This document shows positions 25,457-35,586 of a stretch of DNA of 64,000 nucleotides, piece after piece. The stretch is from Bacteroidia bacterium (GTDB lineage Bacteria; Bacteroidota; Bacteroidia; NS11-12g; UBA955), in contig JBILJV010000002.1 of the NCBI GenBank assembly GCA_044377005.1, positions 13,176 to 77,175 of the forward strand, written 5' to 3'. The notes under the pieces were generated by a model, which saw nothing but the letters and a program-made list of their open reading frames with translations, searched no databases and was not told the origin of the DNA. Every line of letters begins with the position of its first letter. The first letter of the stretch is position 1. A program made the translations under genes and the position numbers.

Positions 25457-27046
25457 ATGAATAATCAAGACATCATATCGCATGTAATCGATAAAGCTTC
25501 CAAAGCTTATTTGAATCTTTCAACAGACAAATTAGTAAAACTAGCCTTAGAGAAAAAAGAAGGTATTTTAACAGACAAAGGTGCATTGGCAGCTGATACA
25601 GGTGAATTTACAGGAAGATCTCCAAAAGATAAATTTACTGTTTGCGATGCTAAAACTGAAAACACAGTTTGGTGGGGACCAGTTAATACTAAATTTGATG
25701 AAACAAAGTTCGATGCGTTATTGAATAAGGTTTTAACTCATTTTGAAGGTAAAGAATTGTTTGTAAGAGATGCTTATGCTTGTGCTAATCCTTCTTACAG
25801 ATTAAACATTAAAGTAGTTACGGAATCTGCATATCAAAATTTATTTGCAAAGAATTTGTTTTTACGCCCTCAAAACGAAGCGCAAGAAACTGAATGGATT
25901 ATTTTAGCTGCTCCTTCTTTCAAAGCTAATCCCGCTGAAGATGGAACCCGTCAACATAACTTCTCTATTATCAATTTTACTAAAAAAATTATTTTAATAG
26001 GTGGTTCAGGTTACACCGGTGAAATCAAAAAAGGAATTTTTACAGTATTGAATTATATATTACCTCAAGAAAAAGGGGTATTGTCAATGCATTGTTCTGC
26101 AAACATTGGTAAAGCAGGTGATACAGCTGTATTCTTTGGATTGTCTGGTACAGGTAAAACAACATTAAGTGCGGACCCTGAAAGAAAATTAATAGGAGAT
26201 GATGAGCATGGATGGGACAGTGAAACAGTGTTTAATTTCGAAGGTGGTTGCTATGCTAAATGTATCGATTTGACAGAAGAAAAAGAACCTCAAATTTGGA
26301 ATGCTATTAAACATGGTGCTTTGGTTGAAAACGTAAGATTTTTCCCGAATACGAACACACCAAATTACGAAGATGTTTCTGTTACTGAAAATACTCGCGT
26401 TGCATATCCTATTGAACATATCGAAGGAATTGCAGTGCCGTCTATGGGTAAAGCACCTAAAAATATTTTCTTTTTAACTTGCGATGCTTATGGTGTATTA
26501 CCTCCAATTTCTAAATTAACTGCTGAACAAGCAATGTATCATTTTATTTCAGGTTACACAAGTAAAGTGGCTGGTACAGAAGCTGGAATTACAGAGCCTC
26601 AAAGTACATTCTCTGCGTGTTTTGGTCAAGCGTTCTTACCTTTACACCCAACCAAGTACGCTGATTTATTAGGTAAAAAATTGAATGAGAATAAAGATGT
26701 AAAAGTTTGGTTATTGAATACTGGATGGAGTGGAGGAGGTTATGGCGTTGGAAGCAGAATGAAACTTTCTTTAACGCGTGCCATGCTCACTGCTGCATTA
26801 AATGGAGAATTAGACCATGTTGAATTTGTTAAACATCCTGTTTTTGGTGTGCAAATGCCAACAGCTTGTCCAAATGTATCAAGTGAAATATTGAACCCAA
26901 GAAATACTTGGTCAGACAAAGCAGAATACGACAAAGCCGCTAATTCATTAGCAGACAAGTTTAATGATAATTTCAAAAAGTTTGAAGAAGGAGCCTCTGA
27001 TGCTATTTTAAGTGCAGCACCTAAATCGGTGATGTCAAATATTTAA
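25457..27046 (+). CDS. pckA: Phosphoenolpyruvate carboxykinase (ATP)
   Basis: FTGRSPKDKF, GGSGYTGEIKKG, kinase-1a FFGLSGTGKTTLS, IGDDEHGW. Confidence 0.96.
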   Translation: MNNQDIISHVIDKASKAYLNLSTDKLVKLALEKKEGILTDKGALAADTGEFTGRSPKDKFTVCDAKTENTVWWGPVNTKFDETKFDALLNKVLTHFEGKELFVRDAYACANPSYRLNIKVVTESAYQNLFAKNLFLRPQNEAQETEWIILAAPSFKANPAEDGTRQHNFSIINFTKKIILIGGSGYTGEIKKGIFTVLNYILPQEKGVLSMHCSANIGKAGDTAVFFGLSGTGKTTLSADPERKLIGDDEHGWDSETVFNFEGGCYAKCIDLTEEKEPQIWNAIKHGALVENVRFFPNTNTPNYEDVSVTENTRVAYPIEHIEGIAVPSMGKAPKNIFFLTCDAYGVLPPISKLTAEQAMYHFISGYTSKVAGTEAGITEPQSTFSACFGQAFLPLHPTKYADLLGKKLNENKDVKVWLLNTGWSGGGYGVGSRMKLSLTRAMLTAALNGELDHVEFVKHPVFGVQMPTACPNVSSEILNPRNTWSDKAEYDKAANSLADKFNDNFKKFEEGASDAILSAAPKSVMSNI

Positions 27047-27060
27047 AATATGATATACTA

Positions 27061-27099
27061 AAAAAAAAGCCATTCGTATAAAACGGATGGCTTTTTTTA
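27061..27099 (+). terminator. Intrinsic terminator of pckA
   Basis: AGCCATTCGT-ATAAA-ACGGATGGCT (10 bp including one G-T pair) followed by T7, with an A8 run upstream. Confidence 0.8.
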
Positions 27100-27308
27100 T
27101 GGGTTGTTTTATGAGATTAGAGAATCTTTTATAATTGTTTGAATCCCCATGTTCAGCGCAACCACAGGGATATGTGTTTAAATCGAAAGCAATAACGTTA
27201 AACTAGTAATTGGTTGAAAATTGGGAATTTTATTTTAACTCTAAAACTATTTAATAAAAGGAATGTTAAATGAAAGTTGATTGTGTTTTATTAGTTTTAA
27301 CTTCAGAA

Positions 27309-27339
27309 AGTCATTCATTCATTTGAATGGCTTTTTTTA
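27309..27339 (+). terminator. Second plus-strand terminator-like hairpin, overlapping the stop of the convergent TonB-receptor gene
   Basis: AGTCATTCA-TTCATT-TGAATGGCT (9 bp including one G-T pair) followed by T7. The 3' arm resembles that of the pckA terminator. Confidence 0.45.
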
Positions 27340-29613
27340 ATCTATGTCAACTCTAAATCCAATAAAAAAACGAATCCCTTGGTTGGGGGCAAATATATAG
27401 TTAGGGTCAAATGTAAGAGCATGTGGATTGTTGACACTACTAACTGCTTCCCCTTTGCTATTAAAGGTTACTTGCTTGTCAAAAGGGTCATTGGCACGGG
27501 CAATGATAAAAGGATTGCCTCTGTTTGGTGTATAATTAAGTAGGTTTTTTACTCCTCCATAATATCTAATTTTTTTAAATCCATTGTAACTCAATTGAAT
27601 GTTTTGAATACTCCACCAAGGTGAAAGGGGTTTTCTTGGGTCTAGCCCATTCAATATTGGTAATCGCATCGGACTGTAAACATTTCCTGTGTAATCTATG
27701 GTGGTTTTTAGTTTCTTAATGGGGTAGGAAATAGACCAAGTTGCAGAATAGTTTTCTGTTAATATGGGTCTTACTCTCTTGTTACCATTGACTGATTTAA
27801 TATCAATGGCTGTCCATCCAATTTCGGACCGTAAGCCATTTTTTAATTGTATAGTCGAGGATAAACTCCATCCTGCTGTGTAAAAATACCCTTGTATATT
27901 TTCTATAATGATTTTATTGGGGTCTTGGTCGTAATCGGGCAATATTCTGTTGTAAAAATGATTGTAAAATAAACTGGTTTCAATATTCATTAAATTATAC
28001 TTTGACAGACTCATTGATTTACTCAAACTAGCCGTTGAATTGACGGATTGTTCAGGTTTAATTTGATTGTTTATTTGAATGGTTCTTGCGCCTGTCATTA
28101 ATGCATGTTCTTCGGTCATTAAATTTACAACTCTAAAACCAGTTCCTGCATTCAGTCTGAAAATGGTGCTTGGGTTAAAGTTGTATTTATAAGCAATTCG
28201 GGGAGTGAAAATTGGACCATGAAGACGGTAATAATCAAATCTCATTCCTAATAAGAAGCGGTGTCTTTCGTTTTGTTTTCTCTCATATTGGATAAATAGC
28301 CCCGGAACCGTTCCAGATGGATTGTTTAATATAGAATCAGGTAAAGTTTGATTAGTTAAATTGTCTTGGTATCTGATGTTTTTGAAGGCAATACCGGCTA
28401 ACCAATCGTTTTTTTGTGCCGATTTAGTCCAAATAGATTGTATAAAGAATAGTTTTTGATCTGCGATGTATGGCACATTTCCGTATACACTGTTTTGATA
28501 ATGTGAAGTATAGCTTGACTGAATTTGAATATTTTCTTTAATAGGTAGTTGGTATGCGCCAATCCACTCAAACCGCTTGGTAATAATATTTTCACCATAT
28601 AGGCTGTCACCACCACGAAATGCTTTGGTCCATTGGGTTTCTCCTCCCCATCGGTCTTCATTTAAAAACCTCAGTCCAATTGAAAAAAGTTTGTTTTTTT
28701 TGCGTTCAAAATTGTATTTCTGGAACACAGAGAGTCGATTTTGTAGAGCTATGTCTGTAAAATTGTCTTTGTTTTTGTCGTAAATTTTTGAGTTGTTAAA
28801 ATAATTGATGCCAGTTAAAACAGCGACTTTAGGTGATATTTTTAGTTTAATAGATAAATCATTGTTTATTTCATTCCATGAAGTTACCATCGAATTAAAG
28901 GCTATTAAAGGCGCATATTGTGGTCGCTTTGTAATCACATTGATTAATCCACCAATGGCTTCGGAACCATACAAGGAAGAGGCAGGTCCTTTTACTATTT
29001 CAACCCTTTCTATCATAGAATTGGGTATGCCACTCAATCCATATACAGAAGCCAAACTGCTAACTATGGGCATGCCATCTATTAATATCATGGTGTAAGG
29101 ACCTTCCAATCCATTGATGTGAATATCGCCAGTGTTGCAAACACTACAGTTTATTTGAGGTCTAACCCCATTTACATTTTGAAGCGCTTCGAATAAATTA
29201 GGACTTGGGTTTTTTTTCAAAAATGCTTGATTGAATGTTTCAACTACTATGGGAGATGAGGTTTGCTTGGTTACTCGCATAGTACCTGTTACCACAAATT
29301 CTCCCAATGTTTCAATATTTTCCTTCATTTGAATAGTAACATATGACTGCTTGTAATTCTCTGGATGAATATCTATATCCTTTTGATGAAAACCTATGCA
29401 GTTGACAACTAAATGGATAATGCGACTGTTGTTGTGCTCAATAATAAAATATCCTTGACTGTCTGTTAAAACTTGCTTTTGAGTTTTTTTTATGAAGATA
29501 CTAGCCAAAGGAACAGGAACACTGTCATTCATTACTCTTCCTTTAATAAAATTGTTTTGCCCCAATAGAATAAATGGAATAAAAATCAATATTAGTGGAA
29601 GAATATGTTTCAT
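27337..29613 (-). CDS. TonB-dependent outer-membrane receptor with an N-terminal carboxypeptidase-regulatory-like domain
   Basis: Signal peptide, CarbopepD_reg-like IKGRVMNDSVPVPLASIFI, plug domain (CSVCNTGDIHINGLEGPYTMILIDGMPIV, RVEIVKGPASSLYGSEAIGG), and a C-terminal barrel ending FFIGFRVDID. Confidence 0.9.
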   Translation of the reverse strand: MKHILPLILIFIPFILLGQNNFIKGRVMNDSVPVPLASIFIKKTQKQVLTDSQGYFIIEHNNSRIIHLVVNCIGFHQKDIDIHPENYKQSYVTIQMKENIETLGEFVVTGTMRVTKQTSSPIVVETFNQAFLKKNPSPNLFEALQNVNGVRPQINCSVCNTGDIHINGLEGPYTMILIDGMPIVSSLASVYGLSGIPNSMIERVEIVKGPASSLYGSEAIGGLINVITKRPQYAPLIAFNSMVTSWNEINNDLSIKLKISPKVAVLTGINYFNNSKIYDKNKDNFTDIALQNRLSVFQKYNFERKKNKLFSIGLRFLNEDRWGGETQWTKAFRGGDSLYGENIITKRFEWIGAYQLPIKENIQIQSSYTSHYQNSVYGNVPYIADQKLFFIQSIWTKSAQKNDWLAGIAFKNIRYQDNLTNQTLPDSILNNPSGTVPGLFIQYERKQNERHRFLLGMRFDYYRLHGPIFTPRIAYKYNFNPSTIFRLNAGTGFRVVNLMTEEHALMTGARTIQINNQIKPEQSVNSTASLSKSMSLSKYNLMNIETSLFYNHFYNRILPDYDQDPNKIIIENIQGYFYTAGWSLSSTIQLKNGLRSEIGWTAIDIKSVNGNKRVRPILTENYSATWSISYPIKKLKTTIDYTGNVYSPMRLPILNGLDPRKPLSPWWSIQNIQLSYNGFKKIRYYGGVKNLLNYTPNRGNPFIIARANDPFDKQVTFNSKGEAVSSVNNPHALTFDPNYIFAPNQGIRFFIGFRVDID

Positions 29614-29622
29614 CTTATATTA

Positions 29623-29630
29623 CAAAACTA
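29623..29630 (-). promoter_or_regulatory. -7 promoter box TAGTTTTG (TonB-dependent receptor)
   Basis: Matches TAnnTTTG on the minus strand, 9 nt upstream of ATG 29613. Confidence 0.45.
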
Positions 29631-29635
29631 CAAAA

Positions 29636-29651
29636 GTTAGACTAATCTAAC
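29636..29651. promoter_or_regulatory. Imperfect palindrome GTTAGACTAATCTAAC, candidate operator of the adjacent DtxR-family regulator
   Basis: 7 of 8 positions pair. The half-sites are GTTAG and CTAAC. It lies between the two divergent -7 boxes. Confidence 0.45.
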
Positions 29652-29673
29652 AAATTTAGTTTCATTTTTTTAT

Positions 29674-29681
29674 TACCTTTG
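29674..29681 (+). promoter_or_regulatory. -7 promoter box TACCTTTG (DtxR-family regulator)
   Basis: Matches TAnnTTTG, 4 nt upstream of ATG 29686. Confidence 0.5.
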
Positions 29682-29685
29682 CTGC

Positions 29686-30390
29686 ATGTTGTCATTCACC
29701 GAAGAGAATTATTTAAAAACATTGATTAGTATTACGCTAAAAGAAGAGTCGCGAGGGGAGGCAGGCACCAATGAATTGGCAGATAAATTGGGCTTAAAAC
29801 CATCTACAGTCAATGACATGTTAAAAAAGTTGAAAGAGAAGAAGTTGATTGAATATGAGAAATATGGTAAAATAAAATTAACCGATGAAGGGTATAAAAT
29901 TGGCATCTACATCTTAAGAAAGCATCGTTTATGGGAAACATTTTTATTTCAAAAGTTGAATTTTAAGTGGGATGAAGTTCATCCTATAGCCGAACAATTA
30001 GAACACATTCAAAGTGATGTATTGATAGATAAGTTAGACCAATTTTTGGAATACCCAGAATTTGATCCTCATGGTGATGTTATTCCCAATGCTCAAGGGG
30101 AGTTAAAATACAAGTATAATAATATGCTTTCAAACATGAAAATAGGTGAGCAATGTCGCATGGTAGCGGTTAAAGACAATAGTGCTGCTTTTTTGAAATA
30201 TGTAATTGAAGTAGGATTAGGAATAGATAATGTGATACAAGTTATTTCCATTAATCCTTATGATGAAATAATGGAAATAGAAGTAAAAGAAAAGCATGTT
30301 TTTGTGAGCAAAAAATTTGCAGAAAACATTTATGTAGTTTGCGAATCGTGTATGAACAATACCACTTGCAAGGTTCATTGTAAACTATAA
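29686..30390 (+). CDS. DtxR/MntR-family metal-dependent transcriptional regulator with a C-terminal FeoA/SH3-like domain and a Cys-rich tail
   Basis: wHTH TNELADKLGLKPSTVNDMLKKLKEKKLI, metal-site region KHRLWETFL...DEVHPIAEQLEH, FeoA-like MKIGEQCRMVAVKD, and tail CESCMNNTTCKVHCKL. Confidence 0.88.
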   Translation: MLSFTEENYLKTLISITLKEESRGEAGTNELADKLGLKPSTVNDMLKKLKEKKLIEYEKYGKIKLTDEGYKIGIYILRKHRLWETFLFQKLNFKWDEVHPIAEQLEHIQSDVLIDKLDQFLEYPEFDPHGDVIPNAQGELKYKYNNMLSNMKIGEQCRMVAVKDNSAAFLKYVIEVGLGIDNVIQVISINPYDEIMEIEVKEKHVFVSKKFAENIYVVCESCMNNTTCKVHCKL

Positions 30391-30394
30391 AAGT

Positions 30395-32020
<1,626 letters not shown>

Positions 32021-32080
32021 TTATTTGATGCTGATTTATGTATAAAGTACATGGCACAGATGGAGCAGATAACCGGATGA

Positions 32081-32088
32081 CAAAGGTA
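32081..32088 (-). promoter_or_regulatory. -7 promoter box TACCTTTG (pyrG)
   Basis: Matches TAnnTTTG on the minus strand, 78 nt upstream of ATG 32002. Confidence 0.3.
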
Positions 32089-32095
32089 GTAGTTT

Positions 32096-32854
32096 TTAGT
32101 CTATCATTTCAGGATTGCTTTTCAAGAAATTTTCAACAGTTACCAAATCTTCTGGTGAATCAATCGCAGGACTTTGAAAGTCAGTTTCTAAGACATTGAT
32201 TTTAAATCCATTGTCTAGCCATCTTAATTGTTCTAAACTTTCCAGTTGCTCCAATTCACTTACTTGTAAAGATTTTAACTTAGGAATAATTTCTGTGCGA
32301 AACCCATACATTCCAATATGTCTGAAATAGCTGTAATGATTCACCCAATCCTCACTTCCAATTCCTCTTAAATAGGGGATTGCCTGACGTGAGAAATACA
32401 AAGCATTGTTAATTTTATCTGTAACCACTTTAACGTGATTGGGGTTCAACAAATCATCTTGGTTTTTTATTCTTTTTTTTAAGGTTGTTATTTTTGTATT
32501 TACATTCATTAACCCCTTTGCTAAAATGCTGATTTGATTGGGTTGAATAAAGGGTTCATCGCCTTGTAAATTGATTAAAAGATCAAAAGATTCATTCAGC
32601 TTTTCTAAGACCTCAAAACAACGATCTGTGCCACTTTGGTGATGAACATTTGTCATCATGCATTCACCAAAAGTATTAACATGTTTGTATATTCTTTCGT
32701 CATCTGTTGCTACAATAACTCGGGCGTTTAATTCATTTTTATTGGCTTGTAAATAAGTTCTTTGTATTAATGTTTTTCCAGCAATGTCTATCAGTGGCTT
32801 GCCTTCAAATCGGGTTGACCCAAATCGGGATGGTATGACTATTAATGTTTTCAT
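32096..32854 (-). CDS. kdsB: 3-deoxy-manno-octulosonate cytidylyltransferase (CMP-KDO synthetase)
   Basis: IPSRFGSTRFEGKPL, NLQGDEP, EQLRWL. Confidence 0.92.
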   Translation of the reverse strand: MKTLIVIPSRFGSTRFEGKPLIDIAGKTLIQRTYLQANKNELNARVIVATDDERIYKHVNTFGECMMTNVHHQSGTDRCFEVLEKLNESFDLLINLQGDEPFIQPNQISILAKGLMNVNTKITTLKKRIKNQDDLLNPNHVKVVTDKINNALYFSRQAIPYLRGIGSEDWVNHYSYFRHIGMYGFRTEIIPKLKSLQVSELEQLESLEQLRWLDNGFKINVLETDFQSPAIDSPEDLVTVENFLKSNPEMID

Positions 32855-32861
32855 TGTTATT

Positions 32862-35369
32862 TTAAAAACTAACGCTTAATCCAACTTTAATGGCAAATTT
32901 ATTAATATTAGGATTGTTTAAGTGTGTTAATCTATGAATGGCAACCACTTGTAAAACTTTAAAGATGTTTTCTATTCCATAAGCGACTTCAATGTATGGT
33001 TCTCGGTTGATTGAATTCGTAATTGGAGTTATAGGCTTGCCTTCAAATACTTTGCCGCTTGGAATGATGTCTATGTTTCTTTCACTTAGTTTTCCCATAA
33101 CCATTCTACCTTCGGCAAATTCTCTCCACTTCAGTTTTTTCATTAAAGGAATTCGGTTGAAAATAGCACCGTTAAAATGGTGTTCCATTTTGAAAAATAA
33201 ACTTTGATCGGTTACGAATTCAAAAAAGTTCATCAAATTATAGGCAGATGTATTATAAATGAAAGATTGATTCCCTCTGTGAACTTCTAACAATGGGTAA
33301 GGTAGTCTTTCAAATATTTTTGTTCCTGAAAGTGTAAAATCAGTTCGTCCCCAATATCCAAAACTCAACCCTTTTTCTATGGAAGCGGTTATTCTGTTGT
33401 AATTAAATCTACTCCCCATAAATCCTTTTAATCCCCTTGTGTAGTTAACCGACAAGGCAAGACCTCCTGGTTTAGATTGTTTTACACGCTCATTGTCGTT
33501 TTGTAAATAGTATTCTTTTGGTGCCCATCTTAGTCCCAAAACTAGAGCTGCATTGGTGAAATTGCTTGAAACATTATTACTGTCATTGAAATTAGTTTTA
33601 TAAGCAAAATTGAAATTATTAACGGGTTGAAAAATGTATTCTTTGTGAGTAAAAAGGGCCTTGGCATGCCAACCTTTGGTAAACTCACTATTGATCCAAA
33701 TTTTTGATTCTTTGGTTCTGTTTAATTGACTGGCGGCAAAGATAGAAACAGCTGTAAATAAATTGCTTGAACCATAATAGTCGTCGTTTACGCCAATTTG
33801 TTCAATGTCATTTTTGTATGACAAGCCTGAAATGGTCCAATGTTTTCTGTGTAAAACTCGTTCATATTGTAACTTGTATTTCCATAAATCATCTCCCAAA
33901 CCATAAGCGGCATAACCACTTAAGATATTTTTTTTACTAAATTTGAAATTAGTTTTAGCTCCAACTCTCACTCTGTGTCCTTCCAATACATTGTAGCCAT
34001 ACAAAAGTGCGTATGGTCCCCAATCTATTTTACCAATTGTTTTATATCCATTAAATAATATATTGATAAATTCAACATAATTTTTAACCACTTTAACATT
34101 GGTTAAAGTGTCAATTTTGGACAAAGCTCTTTTTTCATCAACAGAAAGTTCTTCATGACGCATCGTATCCCAAAAGGCCTCACTTTGTTGAGTGGCATCA
34201 TCGTTCATTGACACTGCCGCATCAAAAAACTTATTGGTACGGTCTTTATTTACTATAATTTTTTCATATGAATTGGTGAACAAGGCAATCATACCTGCTG
34301 ATTTTTTGGAAATTTCAGCAATATCAATCAAAATTCTAGTTTTTACAGGCACATAAACACCTGCTTCAGTTACTTCTAATTCTTGTGTAATTTTTAGTTT
34401 TTCTACAAAGTTTAAATTGGCTTTATTGGTAATACTTAAAGTTAATTTTTTAAGAGCAAAAGAGCTGTCTTCTATCCAAATATAACCAGTAAATACTAGG
34501 TCGAGTGGATTTTTAGGAGTTACTTCAATTTGATAAATTTTTCGCTCAGATCCCAATTCATAAAAAGAACCTTTCAATGAATAATTGTAATAACTAAAGG
34601 ACGATTTGCTGATAGGTGAAATAAAGTTCTTTTCTAAAATAGGAAGGATATTGTCATTGAAATTATACTGTTGAAAGGTAGAACCTAACAATTGAGATAA
34701 AAATGAACCATCATCAACGCCTATCCCTTTAATTCTTGAAGCGACAATAACTTCCTTTACTAGTTTTGGATTTTTATTGAAGTAAAAATTACTTAAATTT
34801 TCAGACAAAAAGATGGGCAAAACTTGTTTATTTTTATCTTCACTTAAATAGGATAGAGTGTCAAAAATACCTTCTACACTTTTTAAAAGTTTTTTGTTTT
34901 TTAAATCTTCAGATACATTGTTTACCGCTATTTGTACTTTAGTAAAACTTTCACACTCAAAAGAATTTAGTTTTTCGAAATTGTAATTCGCTTTGTTTTC
35001 TTGAGCAAGTTTAATAATCCTAAGAGCCCTGTTGATTTTATTTGAAGTAGTCACACCCTTAAAGAGTAATTCTTCTTGTTCTAACTTAACATTGATTGTC
35101 TGTGTGGTGAAGGGTTTTATAGGGTAATACAAAGTTTTGTAACCAACATAAGAAATGATTACAGTATCAGAAAATTGACTGGTTTTAATGGAGTATAAGC
35201 CATTGAAATTTGAATATCCACCTTCCTCAAGTTTATTAAATTGAATAGAGGCCCCTGTTACAGGCTCTCCTGTTTTATAATCCGTAATTTTGCCCTTAAC
35301 GACCGTTGTCTGTTGAGAAAATAAAGGAAGACAAGCGAGGCTATAAATGAATAAAACTAAACGATGCAT
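32862..35369 (-). CDS. DUF5686-like outer-membrane protein with an N-terminal carboxypeptidase-regulatory-like domain
   Basis: Signal peptide MHRLVLFIYSLACLPLFSQ, VKGKITDYKTGEPVTGASIQF, and a large beta-rich C-terminus. I set the start to ATG 35369 because a -7 box sits inside the longer ORF. Confidence 0.75.
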   Translation of the reverse strand: MHRLVLFIYSLACLPLFSQQTTVVKGKITDYKTGEPVTGASIQFNKLEEGGYSNFNGLYSIKTSQFSDTVIISYVGYKTLYYPIKPFTTQTINVKLEQEELLFKGVTTSNKINRALRIIKLAQENKANYNFEKLNSFECESFTKVQIAVNNVSEDLKNKKLLKSVEGIFDTLSYLSEDKNKQVLPIFLSENLSNFYFNKNPKLVKEVIVASRIKGIGVDDGSFLSQLLGSTFQQYNFNDNILPILEKNFISPISKSSFSYYNYSLKGSFYELGSERKIYQIEVTPKNPLDLVFTGYIWIEDSSFALKKLTLSITNKANLNFVEKLKITQELEVTEAGVYVPVKTRILIDIAEISKKSAGMIALFTNSYEKIIVNKDRTNKFFDAAVSMNDDATQQSEAFWDTMRHEELSVDEKRALSKIDTLTNVKVVKNYVEFINILFNGYKTIGKIDWGPYALLYGYNVLEGHRVRVGAKTNFKFSKKNILSGYAAYGLGDDLWKYKLQYERVLHRKHWTISGLSYKNDIEQIGVNDDYYGSSNLFTAVSIFAASQLNRTKESKIWINSEFTKGWHAKALFTHKEYIFQPVNNFNFAYKTNFNDSNNVSSNFTNAALVLGLRWAPKEYYLQNDNERVKQSKPGGLALSVNYTRGLKGFMGSRFNYNRITASIEKGLSFGYWGRTDFTLSGTKIFERLPYPLLEVHRGNQSFIYNTSAYNLMNFFEFVTDQSLFFKMEHHFNGAIFNRIPLMKKLKWREFAEGRMVMGKLSERNIDIIPSGKVFEGKPITPITNSINREPYIEVAYGIENIFKVLQVVAIHRLTHLNNPNINKFAIKVGLSVSF

Positions 35370-35374
35370 TTTTG

Positions 35375-35382
35375 CAAAAGTA
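35375..35382 (-). promoter_or_regulatory. -7 promoter box TACTTTTG
   Basis: Matches TAnnTTTG on the minus strand, 5 nt upstream of ATG 35369. Confidence 0.45.
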
Positions 35383-35571
35383 TTCATTTATTTTAATAGA
35401 TTAAAAGACTAGTGTATACTTTTTTGCTCAGGTGTAAACATTATTTAATACTTAAAATAAATAAATTCAATTGATCTGAGAGGATTTAGCGTCTATTTTT
35501 TTGACTTATTTTGTGCTTTATTATGTGTATTTTGTTCAAAACTCATTTTGTATAACAACTTTAAAACAACT

Positions 35572-35579
35572 TATTTTTG
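35572..35579 (+). promoter_or_regulatory. -7 promoter box TATTTTTG (TPR protein)
   Basis: Matches TAnnTTTG, 7 nt upstream of ATG 35587. It lies inside the ORF-track extension that starts at 35548. Confidence 0.45.
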
Positions 35580-35586
35580 CCTAATA

